NCBI GenBank assembly: GCA_963729895.1
Contig: CAVSQB010000009.1
Location: 64,001-128,000 of the forward strand
Source of the DNA: an uncultured Fibrobacterota bacterium
GTDB lineage: Bacteria > Fibrobacterota > Chitinivibrionia > Chitinivibrionales > FEN-1185
Reading direction: 5' to 3'
DNA: 64,000 nucleotides
Numbering within the stretch: position 1 is the first letter of the stretch; each line of letters starts with the position of its first letter. Positions 26,777 to 38,037 of this stretch are shown here, piece after piece. Below the pieces are notes generated by a model that saw nothing but the letters and a program-made list of their open reading frames with translations, was not told where the DNA came from and did no database searches. A program made the translations under genes and the position numbers.

Positions 26777-28088
26777 CAGGTTGTTGAAATAGTCCTAACA
26801 GAAGCGCTCTTGTTGATTTTTTATGAACCTAACTTCAACTTTACATATGTCAGAGAGGTTTTACCTGCCTCGTTCCGAGGCATTTCCCCGGATTCCCAGG
26901 CCATTCTCATGCTGCCCCCACCGTTTGCGGCATCAACTTAACCATGCGTATCAAGTTGTACGCTGCGGCAACCACGTAGGCAACAGTCTGGTTGATTCGT
27001 ATTCCTCTTACCCGAGTTTTCCGCAGGCCACCGACGCTCTTGATCCACCCAAATATCTCTTCAACCCGTTTTCGTTTCCGTTGACTTACGCTGTATCCCT
27101 TATGCCGAGTCGTTCTTCCATCCAACCCTTTAAGCGAAGTGTTGGCCTTCTCGGCAATGTGAGGCTTCACGTGCAGGCGTCGCAGGCTCTTGATAAATTC
27201 GGTTGCATGATACCCTTTGTCTGCACCCACCGTCTTCATCCGGCGTTTTCCGCGCCTGCGTTCATGCTTTATCAGCTCAAGCGCCATATCCCGTTCCGCT
27301 GTCCCCGTCGCTGGCGCAATGGCGATATCAACACACAACCCATTTCGGTTTTCCATCAGCACGTGACCGGAATACGCCAGCTGCGCTCCCGTTCTCTTGT
27401 TCTTCCGAGCCAACAGCGCCTCTGGATCGGTCGAACTCTGATGTGTCTCATTGCTTCGCTTCTCATGGTGGAAATCAACCGACGGATTACTCCGATCATC
27501 GTCAGTCTTGTTCGCCGATTCCGCGTCTTTTCGCTTGAAGCTCTTCATCGATGCCCAGGCTTCAATCAACGTGCCGTCAACCGTGAAATGCTCATCGGAC
27601 AACAACTCTTCGGAACGAGCAAGACGCACGATTTCCTGCATCAGCCGGTGCGCAATCTCCTGTTCCATAAGTCGATCTCGGTTCTTCGAAAACACACTAT
27701 GATCAAACGATGCCGCATCCAGATCCATGTCAAGAAACCATCGGAACAGAATGTTATAGTCCAGCATCTCGCAAAACAACCGGTCCGACCGTATCGAAAA
27801 CAAAGCCATCAATATCTGTGCTTTCAAAAGCCATTCCGGCGGTATCGAAGGGCGTCCCATCCGGCTGTACATCGCCTCAAAGTCACGAGAAAGGCGGCGC
27901 AGCGCTATGTCCGTAAACTGTTTGACACGACGAAGCGGGTGCGTTGCCGGCACTCGGGAATCCGGAGAAACGAAGCTGAACATACCGCCTTGGGCTGGCT
28001 GGGAACCTCTCATCAATACTCCTTGGTTCGGGTTCCCCTATAATATAAGGATAAATGTTTACAAAAGGGAGACTTTTTCAACACCCTG
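26777..28088 (-). mobile_element. IS5-family insertion sequence (1312 bp)
   Basis: TIR CAGGTTGTTGAAATAGTC vs CAGGGTGTTGAAAAAGTC (16/18); CTAG target duplication at 26773-26776 and 28089-28092. Confidence 0.93.
26907..28013 (-). CDS. IS5 family transposase (DUF772 + DDE)
   Basis: 'RVPATHPLR', 'GRPSIPPE.LLKA', 'FTVDGTLIEAWAS', 'VGADKGY', 'RKRVEEIFGW'. Confidence 0.95.
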   Translation of the reverse strand: MRGSQPAQGGMFSFVSPDSRVPATHPLRRVKQFTDIALRRLSRDFEAMYSRMGRPSIPPEWLLKAQILMALFSIRSDRLFCEMLDYNILFRWFLDMDLDAASFDHSVFSKNRDRLMEQEIAHRLMQEIVRLARSEELLSDEHFTVDGTLIEAWASMKSFKRKDAESANKTDDDRSNPSVDFHHEKRSNETHQSSTDPEALLARKNKRTGAQLAYSGHVLMENRNGLCVDIAIAPATGTAERDMALELIKHERRRGKRRMKTVGADKGYHATEFIKSLRRLHVKPHIAEKANTSLKGLDGRTTRHKGYSVSQRKRKRVEEIFGWIKSVGGLRKTRVRGIRINQTVAYVVAAAYNLIRMVKLMPQTVGAA

Positions 28089-28326
28089 CTAGGCGTTGCG
28101 TATTCCCCGTCGACATTTCCTCGTTCTATGCCTTGCCGTCCAACCGGGTGGCGGAGCTTGGGGTGCACATGGAACGGTGATTGCTGTTTTTCGGCTTTGC
28201 ATTACCGTTCACAAAGTTCATGATCATCGCCACCCTGCAGGGGCACTCCGATAAATAAGGAAATACGTTGAAAATTTAAAGTATTTCATTGTATATTGCA
28301 CTTCGATTTTAGCAGGGAAGGGAAGA

Positions 28327-28671
28327 GTGAAAGAAGTCATACAAACAATACCCCCTCTTGTTTTTTTAATAATTGCCACTACTTTAGAGGTAAGCGGGGA
28401 CGCTACAGTCAGAATAGCGATCTACAAATATTCCGGACTGTTGCGCATCGTGCTTTTGACGGTGGGAGCTTTGCTGTTGCTAGGATATGGATCTTTTCTC
28501 AACTTAGCCCCTTTAGAATTCGGGCAAGTAGTCGGTCTCTATATTGCAACATTGTTTGTTGTCTGGCAAACCATTAACTTTGTCTTCTTTCGATCTCTTC
28601 CAACAATTCCGATCCTGGTGGGAGGCATCTTGATCATAATGGGCGGCACAATCGTCACTTTTTGGAAATAA
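28327..28671 (+). CDS. Small 4-TM membrane protein (SMR/YnfA-like)
   Basis: 114 aa, four hydrophobic helices, Glu in TM1 (LEVSGD); upstream TTGAAA-N18-TATATT at 28268-28297. Confidence 0.7.
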   Translation: MKEVIQTIPPLVFLIIATTLEVSGDATVRIAIYKYSGLLRIVLLTVGALLLLGYGSFLNLAPLEFGQVVGLYIATLFVVWQTINFVFFRSLPTIPILVGGILIIMGGTIVTFWK

Positions 28672-28807
28672 CAGGGCTTATGCGAACTGTTGCCGTCATC
28701 CGTGGGAGAATGCGATTCAGGTGGAGTCAAATTTAATTCCGGTTTGCCGAGCGTGTGCGGCTTCCTCTGCGCCATTGCGGTGAATCTTCTTCACAATTCT
28801 GATTGCC

Positions 28808-29146
28808 CTAAATCGCCGCCGGCCCTTCTTCACCGGTGCGAATCCTGACGCATTGCTCGATGTCGAGCACGAAAATCTTGCCGCCGCTGATATTGTCGTT
28901 TTTCGCGTATTTCTTGATAATGTCGATGGTCTGCTGCACGCTGTCGTCGTTGACGGCAAGCTCCATCTTTACCTTGCCGACAAGATTGGGCTCGTAGTCG
29001 TTTGCCCGGTGGATGTCCGGAAAATGGGTGAGCTGGCTGGAACCGCTCACGTTGTACACGGTCATCTTCCCGAGACAGGCGTCGAACAGGGCCTGTTTTA
29101 CATCGGCGAATTTTGACGGTTGAATGATCGCGGTGACCAGTTTCAT
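28808..29146 (-). CDS. Divergent PII-family protein
   Basis: MKLVTAIIQP, 'KVKMELAV', 'GGKIFVL', 'VRIRTGE'. Confidence 0.88.
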   Translation of the reverse strand: MKLVTAIIQPSKFADVKQALFDACLGKMTVYNVSGSSQLTHFPDIHRANDYEPNLVGKVKMELAVNDDSVQQTIDIIKKYAKNDNISGGKIFVLDIEQCVRIRTGEEGPAAI

Positions 29147-29153
29147 TGCGGCA

Positions 29154-29462
29154 TCACATGCTTACGGTATGTGGAACGTTCAAGACGAATATCTTTCCGT
29201 CGCCGATGCGGCCCGATCGGCACACGCCGGCGATCTTGTCGATCACCGGTCGCACGCGTTTATCAGGCACTTCGATCTCAACCTTGATCTTCCTGAGAAG
29301 GTTGGTCTCGAACGCCGAATTCTTTTCGCTCTCGGCGTGGCCCGACTGGCTTCCGCACCCCATTACTTCGGTAACGGAGAAACCCTCCACGGTTTCGTCG
29401 AGAAGTATATCCTTAACATCAGGTAGTTTTATGGGTCGTATGACCGCAACAACGAGTTTCAT
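29154..29462 (-). CDS. Divergent, C-terminally shortened PII-family protein
   Basis: MKLVVAVIRP, 'GCGSQ', 'KIKVEIEV', 'GRIGDGKIFV'; ends before the RIRTGE motif. Confidence 0.85.
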   Translation of the reverse strand: MKLVVAVIRPIKLPDVKDILLDETVEGFSVTEVMGCGSQSGHAESEKNSAFETNLLRKIKVEIEVPDKRVRPVIDKIAGVCRSGRIGDGKIFVLNVPHTVSM

Positions 29463-29484
29463 GGTTCCACAACCGGTCCTCCGC

Positions 29485-30708
29485 CTACCACGGCGCCGGC
29501 GATGAATTTCCTGCAGGCTTGTCCGTTTGCCTTGTGTCTGCAGCATCCGGAACAACGGAAATTCGCGCAATCAGGCTCCGCGAAATAGGAATTTCCGCTC
29601 CGTCAACATTCAGGTGCAGAATGGACGCGTCGACCACGCTGAGCGCTCCCCGCATCACGGTTCCGTTCTGCATCACCACCTCCATCGTTCGCCCGGAATA
29701 AGAGAAATTCATCAGGTCTTCGTATGGAATTGAGCCTGAGGCAGGCGCCTGCTGCCCAACCGGAGACGCCGCGGGAGCCGGCGCATACTGATATGGAGCC
29801 GCGGAAATCATTGTCCGGGTCCGAACAAAGCTTTTGTCGTAGCTGTACCTGCCGCCCTGATCAACGCGGACCGTCAGCGACGCATCGTCCACCGATTCGA
29901 TGACGCCGGTCACAACGTCGCCCGTGGTGAGCGTAATTTGATAGCGCGCGCCCACCACATAATCGGGCGGCGGATTAGCCGGCGTATTGACAATGGTTAT
30001 TTTTACCGGAGCAGACTGGCCGGGCGGCGTAGCCGTGGAGACCCCAAGGCTCCGGCTGTACCATGCGCGCCACGATTCACGAGTGCTGCCGGCTTCAACT
30101 CCGGTGATCTTTGCAAGCGCGCATGCTGCGGCATTTATCCTGATGGTAACGTAAATGTCGACACTGGCCTCCACCATCTTGTTCCCCGCCATCCGCTTCT
30201 GATGAATGTCGGTTGTGGCGGAAGCCTCTACATAGTGTTCGCATCGGGTAAGAGTCTGGTATTCCACAAACGGCGACGAAAGGAGAAACTTGTTCTTCGA
30301 ACTGATAACATACGTCTGCACCCAGTCGTCGAAGCTTCCCATTCCCGGTGCAAACTGCGCTCCCGAGACAACGTAAAGGTATTCAGCCTGCGGGAAAACC
30401 TCGACAAGCGTTGGAACGGCGGCACGCGCCTTGTCCCCGAAATCGGCGAGCTCGATGGCCGCCCGAAGGCTCTGCTTGATGGCCACGAGCCCGTCGGACG
30501 AGGATACCGCCGGCACGCCGCCTTGCGGATTGTATTTCGCATAGGCTGCGGCAGCCTCAGGCGTCCGGTACAGAGACGGGCCGTTCTTGATAACGTCGAC
30601 AAGCTGCTGCACCCGCTCCGCATCGGAGGCGCGGACAGGCAACACAAGGGAAAGCAGCTGAAGCAACGAAAACGCAAGCACACACAGCAGGTTCTTTTTT
30701 TCAATCAT
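29485..30708 (-). CDS. Secreted hypothetical protein with a HEAT-like segment and two Sm/LSm-like beta domains
   Basis: Signal peptide (VRA-SD); 'AAIELADFGDKARAAVPTL'; 'ITLTTGDVVTGVIESVD' and 'VVMQNGTVMRGALSVVD'. Confidence 0.65.
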   Translation of the reverse strand: MIEKKNLLCVLAFSLLQLLSLVLPVRASDAERVQQLVDVIKNGPSLYRTPEAAAAYAKYNPQGGVPAVSSSDGLVAIKQSLRAAIELADFGDKARAAVPTLVEVFPQAEYLYVVSGAQFAPGMGSFDDWVQTYVISSKNKFLLSSPFVEYQTLTRCEHYVEASATTDIHQKRMAGNKMVEASVDIYVTIRINAAACALAKITGVEAGSTRESWRAWYSRSLGVSTATPPGQSAPVKITIVNTPANPPPDYVVGARYQITLTTGDVVTGVIESVDDASLTVRVDQGGRYSYDKSFVRTRTMISAAPYQYAPAPAASPVGQQAPASGSIPYEDLMNFSYSGRTMEVVMQNGTVMRGALSVVDASILHLNVDGAEIPISRSLIARISVVPDAADTRQTDKPAGNSSPAPW

Positions 30709-30858
30709 GGTATGGTTCTCCTTCACTCGGAATTGCGGCGGCCTCGACCGGTCACGACACGGCGTCTAACTTCCACGGTCGCCCGTGGTAAAAATAGAAT
30801 ATCCGCCCTTGCCACACCACCAGTATCGGGTTTTCGCCTCGCTGCCGCCGTTTATTGC

Positions 30859-32565
30859 CTACGCTTTCGAATTTTGCGACGCGACGGCCGACTGCATCGC
30901 GGCGCCGGCTTTGCGGCGAGCATGGCCCCTTCGTACGCTTCCGCCGGCTTCATGGTATTCCGTCATTTCGGTCCTCACCTGCGGGATAAGCCTCGGACTC
31001 ACGCTGAGCGACCGTATCCCGATGTCAAGCAGCCGTGCGGCAAAACCTTGTTTGCCCGCCATCTCGCCGCAAATGGACAAAGGCTTTCCGCACTCGGCCG
31101 ACGCGCCGACGAGATCTTCCAGAAGGCTCCACAGGACGGGATGCCCGGGGTTGTAGTCGGAGGAAACCTGTTCGTTGTTCCGATCCACGGCGAACAAATA
31201 CTGTATCAGATCGTTTGATCCTATGCTGCCGAAATCGACATGCTTAAAAATCAACTTCGCCTGCATGCACGCGCTGGGCACCTCGAACATGGCCCCCAGT
31301 TCTATGTTCTCCGCCGCGCCGGGGACTCCATCAAAAATCCCCCGAACGCCGTCAACCAGTTCCTTCTGCTGGCGGTCATCAATCACCATGGGAAACAAGA
31401 TTCGCACCTTGCCAAGCTTTGCGAGCCGTGCGAGTGCGCGCACCTGGTCGCGGAAAATATCCGGGTTCCCTAAAAGAAAACGCGCGCCGCGCCAGCCCAG
31501 GTAGGGGTTGGGTTCTTTCTGGATTCTGAGGAACGGCAGCGGCTTGTCGCCGCCGACGTCGAGCAGGCGGAATGTCACCGGTTTGTTTCCGATCCCCTCC
31601 AGAACGCGCTTGTACCGATCGAACTGCTCGTCCTCGCTCAGCAAGCGGTCTTCCCGGATGAACATGATTTCCGTCCTAAATAGTCCGATGCCGTCGGCCT
31701 CCAGCAGGCTGGCCTGCCGCACGTCTTCCAGAATGCTTGCGTTCGCGAGCACTTCCATGCCGGGCGGGGAAGCGTGCAGATACTCTTTTTGAGCCTTGAC
31801 ATCAGAGATGGGCAATACTTTTTTGGTGACCTCCTCGGTTGGCGCCAGGTACACTCTGCCGCCGTCCCCGTCCACGAGCACCACATCGCCGCATTTTACG
31901 AATTCCGTAACACCGTGCACACCCGTGACCGCGGGAATTCCCAGCGACCGGGCGATGATTGCCGCATGGGAAGAAATGCCGCCGTGCTCCGTCACAAAAC
32001 CGAGCACCCGCTCGAAATTCATGTGGGTCATCATATCTGCGGTAAATTCTTCCGCAACGATTATCCTGTTGGCGCCCTGATGGCAATCCTCCTGGCCTTC
32101 GCACAAGAAGCCGGGTTTTTCTATCTTGAGATTGTCGAGAAGCCTGCGGCGTATTTCGCGGATGTCGGACCCCCGCTCGCGCAGGTGCGGGTTGTCCATC
32201 GCCTTGAATTTCTCCTCAAAGGCGCGGTACACATCGAAGATCACCGCCTCAACGTTCCTCTTTCTGCTCCGGATGCCTTCACGTATCTGCCGTACAATTG
32301 CTTCGTCGTTCATGATGTGTTTCTGCGCTGTAAAGATCTCGGACTCCACGTTGCCGATTTTGTCGGCAATTCGCTCCGAGATTGCTTCGAGCTCCTGCGA
32401 GCTTTGCCTGAGAGCGCGCTCGAACCGCAGCACTTCCGCCTCGATCATCGAATCGGCGATATCGTACTCGTCTACCGATTTGTGAAGATTCGACGAATAC
32501 AGGCACGCCGGCGCAAGGACCTTGCCGGAATTGATCGCGAGCCCTTCGAATTCTTTCATAGCCAT
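30859..32565 (-). CDS. ptsI: PEP-protein phosphotransferase (PTS enzyme I)
   Basis: 'GGISSHAAIIARSLGIPAV' (phospho-His), 'GIGLFRTE', 'NPYLGWRG', 'SIGSNDLIQY', 'ICGEMAG'. Confidence 0.93.
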   Translation of the reverse strand: MAMKEFEGLAINSGKVLAPACLYSSNLHKSVDEYDIADSMIEAEVLRFERALRQSSQELEAISERIADKIGNVESEIFTAQKHIMNDEAIVRQIREGIRSRKRNVEAVIFDVYRAFEEKFKAMDNPHLRERGSDIREIRRRLLDNLKIEKPGFLCEGQEDCHQGANRIIVAEEFTADMMTHMNFERVLGFVTEHGGISSHAAIIARSLGIPAVTGVHGVTEFVKCGDVVLVDGDGGRVYLAPTEEVTKKVLPISDVKAQKEYLHASPPGMEVLANASILEDVRQASLLEADGIGLFRTEIMFIREDRLLSEDEQFDRYKRVLEGIGNKPVTFRLLDVGGDKPLPFLRIQKEPNPYLGWRGARFLLGNPDIFRDQVRALARLAKLGKVRILFPMVIDDRQQKELVDGVRGIFDGVPGAAENIELGAMFEVPSACMQAKLIFKHVDFGSIGSNDLIQYLFAVDRNNEQVSSDYNPGHPVLWSLLEDLVGASAECGKPLSICGEMAGKQGFAARLLDIGIRSLSVSPRLIPQVRTEMTEYHEAGGSVRRGHARRKAGAAMQSAVASQNSKA

Positions 32566-32571
32566 GGTTCC

Positions 32572-33378
32572 TCAGGCGGCCTTCGCCACGTTCCTAAAAT
32601 CAATCATGCCGGTCCTGCAGAGCGAAAAATCGCAGCGGACGGGGTCGTCGGGGTACAGGCCCCGCATCACGCGGGTGATATCTTCCGCCATCTCCCAGTC
32701 AACGGATTTCCTGCGGGTAATTCCCATGCTTCCGGCGAGGGCGGCCACATGCGTGTCGACGGGCATTATAAGCTTTGACGCCGGGACCCGCGTCCATTCT
32801 CCCAAATCAATCCCGTCATCCTTTCGTACCATCCACCTGAGAAACATGTTCAGCCGCTTGCACGTGCTGCCCCGGCTTGGTTGCGGAAGGAGAAACTCAA
32901 ACGACGACGACGGCTTTTCTCCGGCGTCGAACGCCATCCTGCGCAAAGAAACGACGAAGCTTTCCAGAGCATGTTTAATTGTCGAATCGGAATCTTTGTA
33001 TCCGGAGCAAAAAAGTGCCTCAAGTGAAGCCTGCCGCCTGATGGCCAGTCCGGCGCATTCCAGTACAATCGCAACGTCGCGGCCGGTGTTGAAACGGTGT
33101 TTTACGTGACCAAGTCGCTCGATCTTCTTTCCAAGCGGTACGGTGGTGCAAAAACGCACCAGATCGGTCTCGGTGATTTCGAAAATTCTCTGCAGAGTCT
33201 TTCTGATCTGTTCGACCCTGCCATAGGCCAAGACCGAGCAGACAAGCCCGGCAATTTCCCTGTTTTCCTTTCCGTGCATTCCACGGACATATTCAAGAGG
33301 ATCGTACCGAAGATAAAAGGGGTGATGATACTCTCCGTACAACGCGTCGAGCGTTTTCTTCAGGGTCGGTTTGTTCAT
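32572..33378 (-). CDS. TIGR02757/DUF2400 family protein
   Basis: 'DPL', 'LAYGRV.QI', 'S.CKRLNMFLRWMVRKD.ID.G.W', 'PVDTHV', 'PDDPVRCDF'. Confidence 0.88.
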   Translation of the reverse strand: MNKPTLKKTLDALYGEYHHPFYLRYDPLEYVRGMHGKENREIAGLVCSVLAYGRVEQIRKTLQRIFEITETDLVRFCTTVPLGKKIERLGHVKHRFNTGRDVAIVLECAGLAIRRQASLEALFCSGYKDSDSTIKHALESFVVSLRRMAFDAGEKPSSSFEFLLPQPSRGSTCKRLNMFLRWMVRKDDGIDLGEWTRVPASKLIMPVDTHVAALAGSMGITRRKSVDWEMAEDITRVMRGLYPDDPVRCDFSLCRTGMIDFRNVAKAA

Positions 33379-33730
33379 AGTTTTCCTGCCCCAAAAAATA
33401 CATTTTTCTCCGCTTAGCCGTCCCGTCACTAGAACTACGAGTTAATGATTGATAAATTAAGATGATCCATAAATAATGTTTATAGGCGAAACCAAGCCGC
33501 AAGGGCGAATGCACGGAAGGCAAAGCAGGCGTATCACGTGGCCTTCTAGGGTTGCGCCCGCGTGCACCACGAATCATCGTTTGCGGATAGGTTCCAGGCT
33601 TGGGATTGAATCAGACGCAGGATGCAAGGACGTATATAACGTGATTCCAGGTTGCAGGCTACAGGTTGGGAAAAAGACAAAAATTCGGTTTACCCCTTTC
33701 GGCCGAACTTGTAACCCCTTTGCTTTAGGC

Positions 33731-35873
<2,143 letters not shown>

Positions 35874-36032
35874 CTATCTCTCACCAAAAGGACGTAGTTG
35901 TTGAAAACGCGGATATTTTCAGGTATCTTTAGTGCATACCAAAGCAGCGCAGGAATCGATACCGGCCATGCCCACCGGAGTCGCGGATAACAACCGCGTA
36001 ACCTTTTCAGGTACTAAAATACGTTTCCACAC

Positions 36033-37940
36033 ATGAACCTCATACAATCCATTAATAGCCCGGACGATTTGCGAAAACTTCCCGTTGACAAGCTACCTGC
36101 CGTTGCTGAAGAACTCCGCGTCTTCATGCTCGAACATGTGAGCCAGAGCGGCGGGCACCTCGCGTCGAGCCTCGGCGCGGTGGAAATAGCCGTGGCCCTG
36201 CACTACTGTTTCAACACGCCCCAAGACAAACTGGTGTGGGACGTCGGACATCAGGCGTACGCCCACAAAATCCTTACGGGCAGAAGGGATCAGTTCAAGA
36301 ACCTGCGGCAATTCGGCGGAATCAGCGGATTTCCAAGGATCTCGGAAAGCAAATACGATGCCGCAAGCGTCGGGCACGCGTCCACGTCGATTTCGGCCGC
36401 GCTCGGGCTTGCCATCGGCCGCGACATGAAAAAGGAAAAACACGCCGTGGTGGCGATAATCGGCGACGGGTCTCTGACGGGCGGGCTTTCTTTTGAAGGA
36501 TTGAATAACCTGGGCAGTCTTTCCACCAACATGATCATCGTCGTCAACGACAACAAGATGTCGATCTCCGAGAATGTCGGCGCGCTGTCCCGCTATCTCA
36601 CGCGAGTGATCACCGACAAACGGTATAAAAAACTCAAGGATGAAGTGTGGGAGCTCACGGGCCGGCTTGCCACGTTCGGCAGCCGGATCCAGAACCTGAT
36701 TCACAATATCGACGAAACCGTCAAGCACTTCGTGATCCCGGGCAAATACTTCGAAGACATGGGCATCCGGTATTTCGGGCCGGTTGACGGACACAATATT
36801 GCCGAGCTGGTGGAGATCTTTCGATTCGTCAAGGAACACACCGTGGGGCCGGTTCTGGTGCATGCGATCACGACGAAAGGCAAAGGCTACAACTTCGCGG
36901 AAAACGACGCGACAAAATACCACGGCATTTCGAAGTTTTCCCTTGACACGGGCGATGTCGTCTGCGCTCCCACCTCGAAGCCCACCTACAGCCAAGTGCT
37001 CGGAAGAACGCTTGTGGACATCGGCGCAACGCGCAGCGACGTCGTGGCGATTACGGCCGCCATGCCGGACGGCACCGGGCTTTCGGCGTTTCGCGACGCA
37101 TTTCCCGGCCGCTTCTTCGACGTAGGCATTGCCGAAGCGCACGCCGTTACCTTTGCCGCAGGCCTTGCGCTTTGCGGACTCAAGCCGGTGGTGGCATTGT
37201 ATTCAACCTTTCTCCAGCGCGCCTTTGATCAGATCGTGCATGATGTCGCGCTCGACAATCTTAACGTCACCTTCTGCGTCGATCGCGCCGGCCTTGTGGG
37301 CGAGGACGGCCCCACGCATCACGGCGTGCTCGATTTATCGTTTGTGAGAAGCGTCCCCGGCGCCCTCATCATGGCGCCGTGCAGCGGCAGCGAGTTTCGC
37401 CGAATGCTGTATACCGCAATGGCATACGACAAGGGACCGGTGTTCATACGCTACTGCCGCGGGTGCGTTCCCGAGGAGGCTCTCGGCCCCGATATCTCGC
37501 CGCTTGCCATCCCGGAGCCGGAGCTTGTGAGAAACGGCTCAACGTGCGCCCTCGTGTGCATCGGGGACGTCGTGACGACCGGATTGGCCGCATGCGCTAT
37601 TCTTGACAAGCAAGGAATACGTCCTACGGTGGTCAATGCACGTTTTGTAAAGCCCTTGTCGCTCGAATTCTATCAAAGGCTTTTTTCCTCGTACTCGCAT
37701 ATCGTGACGCTGGAAAGCAATTCGTTGGCGGGCGGGTTCGGGTCGGCCGTGCTCGAGCTGGCTCCCGCGCTTTCCGGCACCCCCCCGCCCAAGTTCCTGA
37801 GGCTCGGTTACCCCGACTGTTTCCTTGGCCACGGGAGCAATGCCCGCATTCTCGAAAAGATCAAGCTCGATTCGTCGTCCATAGCGTCTCAGATTGCCGC
37901 TTTCGTTGACGGCCGGACCAGCACCGGCGTTTCGGGGTGA
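36033..37940 (+). CDS. dxs: 1-deoxy-D-xylulose-5-phosphate synthase
   Basis: 'GGHLASSLG', 'WDVGHQAY.HK', 'IGDGS', 'DRAGLVGEDGPTHHG'. Confidence 0.97.
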   Translation: MNLIQSINSPDDLRKLPVDKLPAVAEELRVFMLEHVSQSGGHLASSLGAVEIAVALHYCFNTPQDKLVWDVGHQAYAHKILTGRRDQFKNLRQFGGISGFPRISESKYDAASVGHASTSISAALGLAIGRDMKKEKHAVVAIIGDGSLTGGLSFEGLNNLGSLSTNMIIVVNDNKMSISENVGALSRYLTRVITDKRYKKLKDEVWELTGRLATFGSRIQNLIHNIDETVKHFVIPGKYFEDMGIRYFGPVDGHNIAELVEIFRFVKEHTVGPVLVHAITTKGKGYNFAENDATKYHGISKFSLDTGDVVCAPTSKPTYSQVLGRTLVDIGATRSDVVAITAAMPDGTGLSAFRDAFPGRFFDVGIAEAHAVTFAAGLALCGLKPVVALYSTFLQRAFDQIVHDVALDNLNVTFCVDRAGLVGEDGPTHHGVLDLSFVRSVPGALIMAPCSGSEFRRMLYTAMAYDKGPVFIRYCRGCVPEEALGPDISPLAIPEPELVRNGSTCALVCIGDVVTTGLAACAILDKQGIRPTVVNARFVKPLSLEFYQRLFSSYSHIVTLESNSLAGGFGSAVLELAPALSGTPPPKFLRLGYPDCFLGHGSNARILEKIKLDSSSIASQIAAFVDGRTSTGVSG

Positions 37941-38037
37941 GCCGCATTTCCTCCTGCGCCGACACAGCCTCCGAGCATGATTCCCTCCGCGCCTTTAAGG
38001 CAAGAAATGGGCCATGCTTTGATATATTTTTAGTGTC

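Noticed and set aside
26823..28043. 406-aa + strand ORF
   Set aside because: Antisense shadow of the second transposase.
28170..28185. Sigma54-like TGGAACGGTGATTGCT
   Set aside because: Lies in a hairpin stem, no operator copies nearby, and a sigma70-like promoter is closer to the gene; left unassigned.
33484..33560. Resemblance to a c-di-GMP-I riboswitch (GGCGAAACC..GCAA..GCAAAGC..GGGTTGC) or SRP RNA
   Set aside because: The required stems do not close, the SRP core is not matched, and no + strand gene lies downstream.
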